A stretch of 37,282 nt of DNA, taken from the NCBI RefSeq assembly GCF_001194135.2, contig NC_068996.1, positions 38,386,681 to 38,423,962 of the forward strand. The letters run 5' to 3'. Position numbers and translations under genes: made by a program. This DNA is from Octopus bimaculoides (Eukaryota). How positions within the stretch are numbered: the stretch's first letter is position 1; each line of letters begins with the position of its first letter. Below are positions 12,310-23,612 of the stretch, piece after piece. The notes beneath the pieces are model-generated. The model was given only the letters and a program-made list of their open reading frames with translations, was not told the DNA's origin and ran no database searches.

Positions 12310-12502
12310 CGGAGATGTACTTGCATAGCAAGTGACCTGATCTGAGATCGTGTGCTGGAACCAAAACAACTGCAGCGTGGAAGGTGTATATAAACCATTT
12401 AAAATAACACACAAAATCCGTTAGATTCACTTCAACATTTAAATTTAATTTGTCAAAATATTTTCGTCGCTTTGAGACCGCGACCTGTTCACTGACAAAA
12501 TT
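12310..12502 (-). mobile_element. About 190-bp Penelope-pLTR/retrozyme-like unit carrying a hammerhead-like motif, embedded in (AAT)n
   Basis: Minimal type I hammerhead fold at its minus-strand 5' end, followed by an A-rich AAATTAAA signal. Flanked on both sides by (AAT)n. The Penelope assignment is inferred from architecture only. Confidence 0.45.
12447..12502 (-). ncRNA. Putative minimal type I hammerhead ribozyme (G3-C8 variant)
   Basis: Helix I UUUGUCA/UGACAAA, core GUGAACA plus an extra G, helix II GUCGC/GCGAC, GAAA, and self-complementary helix III AAUAUU. Confidence 0.55.
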
Positions 12503-12516
12503 CTGTGCTGCATCAC

Positions 12517-12561
<45 letters not shown>

Positions 12562-13049
12562 TAATAATCCATTCTACTATAGTTACAAGGCCTTACTATT
12601 CTACCAGCTTGCCACCTTCCGCACGCATATATATTAAAAGACACTCAATCTCTCTCTCACACACACACACACACACACGCACACTCATACTGACATATGT
12701 ACGAGTGAGTACGCATGAGCATGGGCAATGCTGTATACATGTCACTATTAATCTTTACATCAGTAAAGACGTAATTTAGCTGCAGTGCTCATCGAAATAG
12801 TTTGCGGTAGTACTCCAGCATGGCCACACGGCAATGGCTAACCAGTAAGGGAATAAAAAAAAAATAATGCGTTTATTCCTAAGACTATTCTTGTGTGTGT
12901 TTATCAAAATTATTTACTCTCCATCTATCTTTTCGATCTACCATTGCAACCAAACAATTATATACGAAAGCTAGTTACCTGCAAAACTTCAGGCGACTTT
13001 TCCTCATTCTCTCATCCGTCCATTCCATACATCTGCCTGTCTGTACACA

Positions 13050-13566
13050 CGCACATACGCGAGCACACATACATACCTACATACATACATACATACATAC
13101 ATACATACACACGCACGCACGTGCACAAACACAGACACACACACATACTCACTCGTACACATACTCACTCGTACACATACTCACTCACACACATATGTAT
13201 ATATACATACACATATGTGAGCGTGCGTACTTGATTGTGTGTGCGCGTCTGTATATATACATATGTATGTGTGTGTGTGTGTGTGTGTGTGTTCTCTGTT
13301 AGGTATGTATATATATATGTATTCTTTACACGCATGCTTATACACAGACACACATACATACATGCATACATACATACATACATACATACATACATAAATA
13401 CATGCGTACATGCATAAATACATACGTACATACATAAATACATACATACATACATACATATATACATAAATACATATATACATACATACATTAATACATA
13501 CATACATAAATACATACAAAAATACATACATACATACATACATAAATACATACATAAATACATACA

Positions 13567-13598
<32 letters not shown>

Positions 13599-13600
13599 CT
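13050..13600. repeat. (ACAT)n/(ATAA)n compound tetranucleotide block with (GT)n
   Basis: Seen directly. Confidence 0.95.
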
Positions 13601-13935
13601 CTCCCAACCACACAATTATACACTTCACCGCACATCACTGCACTTTTCTAATGGCTCTTAGAAAAGCATGGACATTCTAATTTCCGAAAAATCTCAGATT
13701 TCGACTCTATGTACAAAAACAACTTTAATTTTGTCCTAATGTCTGCTTCATTCCACAAACATAATTTCTAATCCCTGTCAATCCTTCTTTATTTTGCTTA
13801 CATTACCAGTGTGTTGTAGAAAATGTTTCATGACGATAAACAAAGACAAGGGATCGGTCTTCTTGTTTACACATCGAGAGACTGCCCTTTCTGGCAGCTG
13901 CTTGTCTAAACCCGGATCCCTGTAAACCTGTACAG

Positions 13936-14259
13936 CAGTGCTTCTCAACGAAGGTCCGTACGATCTCGGAGTGGGGTCCATGTAAAATGTTGTGAGGTCC
14001 ACGCAAGCAAAATAGTAAATTTTGAATCCACAGTTACATACTTAGGGCCCATGAAAAAATTTCGTTATAGATGTTTTTTATTGCAAGAGACAGCAAGATT
14101 TCTTTTCTCTAATGATTTCATAGTTCAACCCACAGAAGTTAATGTGTGAAAAGCAAAATAGGAATTTTGAAAGAAGTATCTATAAAGCTAGTTTTGAAAA
14201 ATCGGTTATAGTAATGGATGGGGCCCATGGATGAAAAAAAAAACAGTTGAGGACCACTG
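13936..14259. mobile_element. Non-autonomous hAT (Charlie-like) MITE
   Basis: TIRs CAGTGCTTCTCAAC and GTTGAGGACCACTG. Flanks ctgtacag / ctgcttag are an imperfect 8-bp TSD. Interior shared with 29690-30031. Confidence 0.75.
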
Positions 14260-14475
14260 CTGCTTAGCCTTCGCGGTAAAGCTTTCGTGTTCCCAACCAT
14301 TTGATTCCTGTTTCGATCTCGCTGCGTACTATCTTATACAAGTGTCTTCGACTGAAGCCTGTTGTTGAAGAATGCCTTTTTTTATGTTTTGGTCAAAGAA
14401 CTGCGAAGTGCCCATGTCACTGGAAAGTACTAGACCAGCGGATAATGAGAAATATTTCTTTCTAATTTTTGTCAC

Positions 14476-15142
14476 AAGGTCACCAGTTTTGAGGGGAAGG
14501 ATAAGATTTATTACATCAACCCTATACGTGGCAGGTACTTTATTTTATCTACTCCGAAAGATGAAAGGCAAAGTCGACGTAGGTGAGGTTCGAACTCAGA
14601 ACGTAAAGTCTGAAGAAATGCTGCTAAGCATTATGTCCAACGTCCTAAACAGTTTACCATTAAGCCGATTAAAGAATTATTTGTACTCTAGTTACTAGGC
14701 CTTGAAAATTTGGGGGTAAGGGGGTTAGTTGATTACATCAACCCCAGTGCGTAACTGGTACTTATTTCATCCACTCTGAAAGGATGAAAGGCAAAGTCGA
14801 CCTCAGGCGGAATTTGAACTCAGAACGTAGTGGTAGACGAAATACCGCTAAGCATTTCGCCCGGCGTGCTAACGATTCTGCCAGCTCGTCACCTTAAGCC
14901 GCTTAAATAAGGAATAATCCTTTCTATTGGAGACACAGGGCCTCAAATTTGGTGAGGAGGGGACTAGTCGAGTTCATCGACCCCCATCCATCCCGTGTTT
15001 CACTGGTACTTAACTTATCGACTCCGAAAGAATGAAAAGCAAAATCGACCTCGGTGGAATTTGAACTCAGAAAGTAAAGACAGCTGAAATAACGCTAAGC
15101 ATTTCTCCCGCCGTGCTAACGACTCTACCAGCTCGCCGTCTT
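14476..15142 (-). mobile_element. Three tandem SINE family A copies
   Basis: Units at about 14476-14659, 14690-14893 and 14912-15142, each with B box and body, with a period of about 235-250 bp. Confidence 0.85.
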
Positions 15143-15539
15143 TAGCCGCTTTAATAATGAATAATTATTAATGGCCCAGATCGGGAAATAAAATTCAAAC
15201 GTGAATTGCTGGTAACAATTGCTTCGATCTTATTACAACCCAACTTAATGTCAGTAAATGGAGAAAGAGTTCCTGAAACGTCTCATTTCGTTGGTTTACC
15301 ACAACCAGCACATATTTTCTACATTCGAACCTGCAAGAGAAGAGGATGCGTCATTAGATATAAGTTAGTAGGGCAGCGTTTCGAAGCGATACCAACGACC
15401 ACGGGTTCCTCGTCTTGCATGGTAGTTGGATTTCATTAGGAATCTAACGCGCTAGAAATACCAGCTAATTTCTTCTCAAATTATACTATGTTAAAAATTA
15501 AAAAAATACTTCTTGGATATCTTTGATATTATAACCCTA

Positions 15540-15862
15540 GAAGGCGCATGGCTCAGTGGTTAGAGCGTCGAGCTTACGATCGTGAGTTCGTGTCCCGGAC
15601 CGGGCTGCGTGTTGTGTTCTGGAGCAAGACACTTTATTTCACGTTGCTCCAGTTCACTCAGCTGTAGAAATGAGTTGCGATGTCACCGGTGCCAAGCTGT
15701 ATCGGCCCCTTTGCATTTCCTTTGGATAACATTGGTGGCGTGGAGAGGGGAGGCTGGTATACATGGGTGACTGCTGGTCTTCCATAAACAACCTTGCTCG
15801 GACTTGTGCCTGGGAGAGCAACTTTCTAGGTGCAATCTCATGGTCAGTCATGAAGGGGGTTT
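15540..15862 (+). mobile_element. tRNA-derived SINE family D
   Basis: Head GGCGCATGGCTCAGTGGTTAGAGCG (A box), then a CORE-like GTTCTGGAGCAAGACACTT...TTGCTCCAGTTCACTCAGCTGTAGAAATGAGT segment. Confidence 0.75.
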
Positions 15863-16109
15863 CAGCAATAATCCTAGAAAGATTTATACGTGAAAAGTAA
15901 CAAGTCCCGGTTCGCGTGACTTTGAATGCATTTAATCATGAGGCAACTCAATTTGTGATGTACTGTAGCATGTGCTTTTAATTTTGGTTGAGCCTTAGGA
16001 CTCATAAGGCCGGTTACCCTGTTTCAATGGTGTCTACGTGATCTGGATCACAACATTTCCCCCTGAACTGGAAGCTCGTCTGTTGCAGACTACAAAACGG
16101 ACAATTTTT

Positions 16110-16296
16110 GAGAAAAGAGAAGACAAGTTGATTACATGGATCCCAGCAGTTGACTAATGCTTTATTCTAATGACCCAGGAGAGATGAAGAACGAACTTGG
16201 CTTCGGTAGAATTCAAACTCAGAACGCAAAGAGCCGAAAGAAATGCCGCTAAGCACTTCGTTCGACGTACTAACGATTCTGCAAGTTCACTGCGTT
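16110..16296 (-). mobile_element. Diverged SINE family A copy
   Basis: gaattcaaactcagaacg...ccgctaagcacttcg...ctaacgattctgc matches the family A head. Confidence 0.75.
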
Positions 16297-16355
16297 AAAC
16301 AAACACTAAACAAGAAAAACTGAAACATCAAAGCATAGTGCTTTAGGAGATCACC

Positions 16356-16738
16356 GTGGAGGTGCGATGGCCCAGTGGTTAGGGCAGCGAACTCGCAGTC
16401 GCAGGATGTGGTTTCGATTCCTAGACCAGGCGTTGTGAGTGTTTATTGAGCGAAAATACCTAAAATGCTCTACGAGGCTCCAGTAGGGGTTAGTGGCGAA
16501 CCCTGCTGTACTCTTTTACCACAATTTTCTCTCACTCTTTCTTCCTATTTCTGTTGTACCTGTATATCAAAGGGCCAGCCTTGTCACACTCTATGACACG
16601 CTGAATCTCCCCGATAACTACGTTAAGGGTACATGTGTCTGTGGAGTGCTCAGCCACTTGCACGTTAATTTCACGAGCAAGCTGTTCCGTTTATCGGATC
16701 AACTGGAAACATCGTCGTCGTAACCGACGGAGAACCAC
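16356..16738 (+). mobile_element. SINE family C with 12-bp TSD
   Basis: Colinear with 11681-12072. Flanked by taggagatcacc (16344-16355) and taggagattacc (16739-16750). Confidence 0.88.
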
Positions 16739-16949
16739 TAGGAGATTACCTGTACAGTTACCAGCTTTAATTTCAGACCGAGAGGATTGATTTAAATGCT
16801 TGTAATGCTAACTCGTCCCAGCTAAAGCTACCGAAGGGCAAGTCGTTACATTAAACCGGTTGATATGGAATTACTGATTAGATAGAGAGATGTTTGGTAA
16901 TTTTCTCAGTGAATAAGGTGTTAACTGCTGCTTGAGCAAACTCTGCCAC

Positions 16950-17135
16950 CGATTGGTAAACGATGTTGCTTTGTTCATGTCCTCGCAACTAAGCGGTTCG
17001 CAAATGAGACGGTTAGAATAAGGACCGGACTTAAAAATAAGTGGTGGGGGCTGATTTGTTCCACTAAACTCTTGAAGGTGGGGCCCCAGCAAGGCTGTAG
17101 CCCAGTGAATGAAACCAGTAATCGATAAAAGATAT
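16950..17135 (+). mobile_element. Old 3'-half fragment of SINE family B
   Basis: Diverged match to ...gtaacttagcggttcggcaaaagagaccgatagaataag...ccagcatggcc of family B. Confidence 0.6.
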
Positions 17136-17169
17136 ATATCAACTAATATATATACACAGCGAGGATATA

Positions 17170-17551
17170 TATGCTTCTTTGCTTGTTTCAGTCATTTGAC
17201 TGCGGTCATGTTGGAGCACCGCCTTTAGTCGAATAAATCGACCCCAATACTTATTCTATGGAAGCCTAGTACTTTTGCCGAACCGCTAGGTTACGGGGAC
17301 GTAAACACACCACCATCGGTTGTCAAGCGATGTTGGGTGGGGGAGACAAACACGGACACACATATATATACATATATATATATATACGACGGGCTTCTTT
17401 CAGTTTCCGTCTACCAAATCCACTCACAAGGCTTTGGTCGGCCCGAGGCTATAGTAGAAGACACTTGCCCAAGGTGCCACGCAGTGGGACTGAACCCGAA
17501 AATCATGTAATTGGTAAGCAAGCTACTTACCACACAGCCACTCCTGCGCCT
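17170..17551 (-). mobile_element. Full-length CORE-type SINE family B
   Basis: Reverse complement reads AGGCGCAGGAGTGGCTGTGTGGTAAGTAGC...GGTTCAGTCCCACTGCGTGGCACCTTGGGCAAGTGTC (A/B boxes plus MIR-CORE-like CCTTGGGCAAGT), with an internal (AT)n and a conserved tail. Confidence 0.88.
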
Positions 17552-17649
17552 AAGTACTTTTCCTTCAGAGTGATAGGTAGGTTGTATGCTGCTTGTGTGC
17601 GAGTGTGATGCTATATAGCAGCTACACATGGGCTTTTAATGCAGCAAAT

Positions 17650-18010
17650 TTGTGGAAACAATAAAGATATGAAGTGACTGTGCTTCACTACATGTGTCAT
17701 GTTGGAGTGCATGATCAACAATGTACAAATGACCTGAGAGAAAAACTGAATATAATAGGAATCAAATGAAGTGAGAGAGAAATCTGTGCTCTTACTGGCA
17801 TATGGTACACGTGGAGGATGATTGTTGCATAAAAAGATAAGAAATGTTTAAAGTGGATGATACTTGCAGTAGAGAGAGAAACCATGTTTGACTCTGACTG
17901 AAGTAATGAAGAATGATCTTTGTTGCATGTCTTGAAGGGGATGATAAGGGGCCATGTTGATTGATAATGCACAATCCTAGAGAAGACTTGACTACCTGCA
18001 TAAGCTTGGC
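17650..18010 (+). mobile_element. Decayed RTE LINE ORF2 C-terminal fragment
   Basis: Broken frames give ..VHDQQCTNDLREKLNIIGI..HMVHVEDDCCIK..KVDDTCSR.., matching the RTE C-terminus (LREKL..RGI..GHV.RM.ED.C.KK..VEG.C.RGRP). Confidence 0.6.
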
Positions 18011-18249
18011 AAAGCATTAAAATGAGGTAATGATGGCGGCTGAGATATATATTATAGATTTAGGGACCACAGGAGCTAAGAGGATTTGAAACCGAATTCA
18101 CATTTTCATTAATTGACAAATAAATTTCCGGTCTTTTGTTTTCTCTTCTCTGCACTTGGATATTTATGTGAATGACTTGACCTCTTAGACAACATTATAA
18201 TCAAATAAATAAAAGGCTATCTTCATAATTAATATTGTTCTTCATTCAT

Positions 18250-18608
18250 TCATTTCTCCAATGCATCATCATCATCAGTCAAACTTTATTGTTACTTTTG
18301 ACTTCTTTTCCGAATATGTCATTACATTGTATGTATATGTGTGTGTACATGAGTGCATGTATGTTTGTATTTCTTTGTCTTGACATTGTGTGATAGTTGT
18401 ATGTAAATGATTCTCACTGTCATACAAGCAGTGTCATTCATTTCCATTATTCTGCAAAAACATGTCTAACCATGATGAAATATTACTTTGCTTGGAAACG
18501 GATGAGGGTTAGTGACAGAAAAGGCATCTGATTGTAAAAAACCTGTTGCAGTATAACTCTGTCTGACCCATGCATGCATGGAAAACTAGTCATTAAAGCA
18601 ATGATAAT
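18250..18608 (+). mobile_element. Decayed SINE-like element with RTE-type 3' tail
   Basis: gggttagtgacagaaaaggcatc...gacccatgcatgcatggaaaac...ttaaagcaatgataataa parallels the RTE 3'UTR seen elsewhere in the window. Confidence 0.5.
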
Positions 18609-18946
18609 AACCTGGGCATTCACCTATTGCTACTTATCAAGTTGTAATCTGCTGTCCTTCTTGCCTTTTCTGTACCTTCTCATCTTTCTACATTGTCTTA
18701 GTTACCATGCCTTACCACTTACGAAACAAGAGGACAGAAATACTCAATCCCCTTCTCTATCACTACTCCTCTCTCTTTGATCTTTCCATAGCATGATGTT
18801 TGAGTAATGAGAAATTACAGTGAATTGAAACTGTTAGTATTCTTTGTATCTGTCATCCATTTACTTTCCTGTGCTGTTCACTTATCACCCCATCACCTTC
18901 AGACAAACACTTTTATTGACACACATTAACTTCTTTCCACCTAACA

Positions 18947-19279
18947 TTGCCAGTACCGCCTGACTGGCCTTTGTAGGATTTTCGAGCGAGGTCGTTGCCA
19001 GTGCCACTGGACTGGATCCTGTGCAGGTGGCACATAAAATACACCAGTTTGAGCATGGCTGTTGCCAGTACCGCCTGACTGGCCTTCGTGCGGGTGACAC
19101 GTAAAAGCACCCACTACACTCTCGGAGTGGTTGGCGTTAGGAAGGGCATCCAGCTGTAGAAACTCTGCCAAATCAGATTGGAGACTGGTGAAGCCATCTG
19201 GTTTCACCAGTCCTCAGTCAAATTGTCCAACCCATGCTAGCATGGAAAGCGGACGTTAAACGATGATGATGATGATGAT
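18947..19279 (+). mobile_element. Young 5'-truncated RTE 3'UTR with hairpin modules and (GAT)n tail
   Basis: GGTTGGCGTTAGGAAGGGCATCCAGCTGTAGAAAC...GCATGGAAAGCGGACGTTAAAC(GAT)n. Near-identical to the reverse complement of 25587-26058. Confidence 0.85.
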
Positions 19280-19759
19280 TAACATCTACTTCTCTTCTAC
19301 TGATAGCTGCCACTTATCCCAAAGTTAGTCATTGTTGACATCCCTCACTCTTACTTATGATTACTTGCCACAGCCCTTTTTCACAACTCCAATACTCATT
19401 CCCTCTTTTACCTGCAAACATGTAAACCTGCATTTAGTGTTTCTCTCCATTATTCTGTGCCATTACTGCCTCTCTCATTACACTATGTTTACTACCTCTC
19501 CCCATTGCTCTTCTAGCATTCTCTATCCTGTCTCCTTCCTCCACTACACTCACCACAATCACTGACTTCTGTCAATCATATTCTCCCTCTTTCCTAAGTT
19601 TGTCTTCTGCAATTGCCATCTCTTCTAGTCATTCTATCGGTCATTTATTAATTATGTACCAGTAATATATTTGTGTCAAGTCTTTTAGCTACCACCTTTT
19701 TCTCTCTACACATTTTCCCTTGACAAAAGAAAGCAATTATATTTTCTCATATATTTCAG

Positions 19760-19957
19760 TTTTACAACCAGAAGAATATACTGCTTCAGAGTAAAGTACA
19801 AGAAATTCTTGTTTCACTGTTCCGCTTGCATGGAATGGTAAGAATACAAACACCTTTACTCATGCCGCAAAATAAAGTACATGAATTAAGCAGTGACTCA
19901 CCAATGACTGTTATGGACCAACAAGGACAGTTACTCTGTCTGCCAAATAATCTAAGG
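19760..19957 (+). CDS. EIF2AK4: GCN2 (eIF2-alpha kinase 4) internal exon, start of HisRS-like domain
   Basis: tttcag acceptor, 198 nt, phase 0/0, donor AGG|gtaaga. Translates to FYNQKNILLQSKVQEILVSLFRLHGMVRIQTPLLMPQNKVHELSSDSPMTVMDQQGQLLCLPNNLR, matching the recalled human GCN2 segment IFKRHGAVQLCTPLLLP...FMDHSGMLVMLPFDLR. Confidence 0.9.
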
Positions 19958-20729
19958 GTAAGATCCTAAGTATTTCATTTGAAAAAAAAAAAAACGTTTT
20001 AAAATTTGGTTTACAGTCATTCAATATTTTCAATCAAGAGTTTCTACTGACTAAGTTGACATGGTTATTGTTGTTCAACACCAAGTAAACCTGTGTGAAG
20101 CTAAATTGTTCATAGAGTGGGTTCTTCCATTTTTAAGATGGAGGGATTCGATTGTTTGAGCAAGAATTGACTTCTGTTTGTAGCAGATCAAATAGCTGCA
20201 TGGAGGTTCCCCCCATTAGCTCATTCCCATGGTAGATACGATTCTCTACTTTGAGAGACATGCAGTGCAGCTGAAGAATGTTAAATTTATATCCAAAATT
20301 TATCTTAACATGGATAAGAAAGGGGATAGTGTAATTAATTTCTCTCAGAAATGGACTAAAAGGACACTATCTTTGAAAAAGTTAGTGTGCTACTGCCCTG
20401 TAACTATCTTTCTTCGTGGAATATCTAGTACTTTTATGTCACATCCATTGCACTTTTACAACTGGATAAAATGGTCTAATTAGTAGAAGTTAGATTTCCT
20501 TTACTTTTAAATCAAGTTACCAAAATTGTTTATTGTCAACTCTTAGAGCTACTAAATATTAATATCAAGTTTATTGTAATATCTATCAGAAAGGGTTCCA
20601 TTAAGCAAAGTAAATGGATGCAAAATAAATTAAACAGTACTTTTAAAAATTTCACTTCAACTTTTTAAAAGTGAATAATTTTGTAAAAATTTTTTTTGTT
20701 AGAAAATTTCTGTTAGATAAATTTGAGTA

Positions 20730-21146
20730 ATTAATATTTAAATCGGTTATATCTAGCCCAAATATTCTACCTGTTTTATGTTCAAACCAGCCAAATCTGG
20801 CCTCCCACATCCACTCCACAATGTTATTCTAAAAGTAAACAACCACATCATCAAAATTTTGAAGCTACGAGATAATGCATGATTAATTTAAACCAATGTG
20901 AATAGATAGATTTGACAGAATAATTTGAATGCTAAAGGCTTAAAACAAGACATATCTGACCCAAATATTCTACTCATGTTTGAACTGGTCAGATGCATCC
21001 TCTCAACACCTAACCTACAATCACATTCCAAAAACAATCACATCATCAAAATCTTGAAGCTACAAGATAATGCGTAACTAATTCAAAACAACGTGAATAA
21101 ATAAGTGTTACATTTGACAGAGTAATCCTAAGTGTGAAAGGATTAA
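20730..21146. mobile_element. Tandem pair of piggyBac-like (TTAA) MITEs
   Basis: Two approximately 200-bp units ending aatgctaaaggcTTAA (20943) and aagtgtgaaaggaTTAA (21146). Same family as 28398-28821. Confidence 0.65.
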
Positions 21147-21847
21147 ATATATTTTGTTTGACAAAGTATTTCATACTTGGGTGTCTAATCTTTTTATTTC
21201 TCATAACTGAAAATAATAGAATGAATTCAGCAGAATACCTGAAAAGCCTTCTTTTCTCTTAGACAAAGAGTTTGTTCTGAATCATCTGATTCATCCTCTC
21301 TCCACAATATTTAAACTTAATCAAACTCATGAACTTTACTGCATAAATTTTGCTGAGATCACCAGTTTCCTTGAACTATATTTTTTAAGAATAGTATTTT
21401 CTCCTGTCTAAAGAGTACAAAACAATTACTGCAGAAAGGTTTAAAAGCATAAGTATGTGATTAATCGACTACAATGATAATCCTATTTGTGGATGTTTAA
21501 GAAGTTTGTTTCTTAATCATAAGATCCAGGTTCAATCTAACTTTATGGCATCTTATATGCAAATGTCTTTTTTTATTATTGCCTCGAGTCAACCCAAGTC
21601 TTATAAATGTGAGTAATCAGAAATGTGTGGAAACTCATCAGCTTCATTGTACATGTAAATCGAATACAGTTTTGTGATGCACTGTTATGCTGATTCTGTT
21701 TGTGAATTATGCCAAGGGTACACATGTCTGTGGAATGCTCAGCCATTTACGCACCAATTTCACTGAAAAGTTAATCCAGTCAACTGAATCCTATCCTCAC
21801 CATCAAAACTGGCAGATTCATTTACTTACCCTGCCCCACTCTCTCTT

Positions 21848-22227
21848 AAAGTGGAGGGAAGTTGTGGAAGAGGAAGACCCAGGAAGACATAGTAAGGAGT
21901 ACTGAAGGCTGATCTGAAAATGCTGAGCCTTAGGAAGGAGATGACAGAGGACCGGGATATGTAGCACATTGCTGTACTCAAGAAGACCTGCCCACCACAA
22001 CAGAATTGAGATTCTAAAAAGGCATCACATGAAAAGCATTGGTATGGGTGCTGGTGCCATGTAAAAAACACTCTGTAAAGTGGTTGGCACTAGGAAGTGC
22101 ATCCAGCTGTAGAAACAAAGGCCAAAACAGACTATGGAACTTGGTGCAGCCTTCAGCATTGCCAGTTCCTGTCAAGCCATCCGCCTCATGCCAGCATGGA
22201 AAACGGACATTAAATGTTGATGATGAT
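21848..22227 (+). mobile_element. RTE LINE 3' end (ORF2 C-terminus, 3'UTR and (GAT)n)
   Basis: KVEGSCGRGRPRKT**GVLKADLKMLSLRKEMTEDRDM*HIAVLKKT, then ggtgccatgtaaaaaacac...ggttggcactaggaagtgcatccagctgtagaaac...catggaaaacggacattaaatg(tga)n. Confidence 0.85.
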
Positions 22228-23257
22228 ACACTAACACATACATACTTACATAAATATGTGTATATGTGAGTGTGTATGTTTACATATTTATATGTGTATG
22301 CATGTAGATAGAGATATAATCCAAGTCGTGCCCTCTTGAAGCACATGCTTATTCCAGTACTTCAAAATTGTATGTAGGTGTTATATTTGTGTGAAGTATG
22401 CATAAGATTGAAAAATACTGGAAAATATTTTTTGTAGAGTAATTACATATCAAAACAGAAGATTGGAAAAAATTTTTGGTATTATTTATTCAACATTACA
22501 CATGTTTTCTATAGGAATATGCCTTTGCATGTCTGCCTATGCGTATAAGAGAGAGTATAAATGTGTGTTCGTGTGTCTATATATACAGATGCTTAAAGTA
22601 TTGCATTGTTTTTTGTATATATTAATGACCGTTGTATGTGAGAGAAAATACATTTTGTTATTCTTAAACTGTATCTCTGTGTCCATGGTTAGAAATTCAT
22701 TTTATATAAATGTATCATCTTAACACAAATTTTGATTCATTTATTTAATCTGCGTAAGAGTAGTTTTATCTTAATATAGGTGCATGTGTAAGTATAAACA
22801 TTTGTAACAATGTACAAAATTTATACAACATACAGAGTCTGTCAAAATAATGTATACACATTTCAGGAAAGGAAAAATCTGTATAAATATTTAACTTGTA
22901 TAAGTAGCTCTATAAATATAGATACCTCTTTCGATGTTTTATCAAATTGTGATAACACTGAATAAATTGTGTGTTTCTATGTGTTTGATGATATATATCA
23001 GTATTTATGTGTAATGTATTATGTATGATATATTTGTGCATGTATATAGATATATGTGTTTGCTCATATATAAGTTGATATATGTGTCTATGTAGCTATG
23101 TGTTTATATGTGAGTGTGTATATATAAATATACATGTGTGTAAGTGTGAATATGTTTGTATAAGTGTATATATGTGTGTTTATATGTATATAGAAATACA
23201 TGTCTTATTTTGTATATGTATATGCAAGTGTGTTGTGTATATATGTATATATGTATC

Positions 23258-23612
23258 ACCATCTTCATCATCATCATTTAATGTCCATTTTCTGTGCTGG
23301 CATGGATTGGACGGTTTGACTGAAAACTGGTAAGCTGGAGAGCTACACCAGGTTCCAGTCTAATTTGGCATGGTTTTTATGGCTGGATGTCCTTTCTAAT
23401 GCCAACCACTCCAAGAGTGTAGTGCGTGCATTTTATGTATTAGTTATGTAACACCAGCATTGGCCATGACTACAATCTCACTTGGTGTGATGGGTCTTCT
23501 TAAGCACGTCACTTGTCACTACCTCCATGAGGCCCAATGTTTGAAGGGTGCTCTTTTTGTGCCACCAGCAGGGTGCCACTTATGCGACACTGGCATCGGG
23601 TACAACTACTGT
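23258..23612 (-). mobile_element. RTE-derived 3' end with upstream module
   Basis: (CAT)n tail on the + strand, ggatgtcctttctaatgccaacc, an ORF2-end remnant and one hairpin module. Confidence 0.75.

Noticed and set aside
15300-15370. Strong-looking minus-strand splice acceptor (CTAAC/CTAAT...tcctcttctcttgcag)
   Set aside because: No convincing donor or recognisable peptide follows; needs RNA-seq to support an exon.
18031-18089. GATGGCGGCTG (YY1/start-codon-like) at the CpG boundary
   Set aside because: The ORF is only 18 aa with no donor and no GCN2 similarity; not enough to call a promoter or first exon.
22831-22900. tacagagtctgtcaaaataatgtatacaca resembling a Tc1/mariner TIR
   Set aside because: No partner TIR or transposase sequence nearby.
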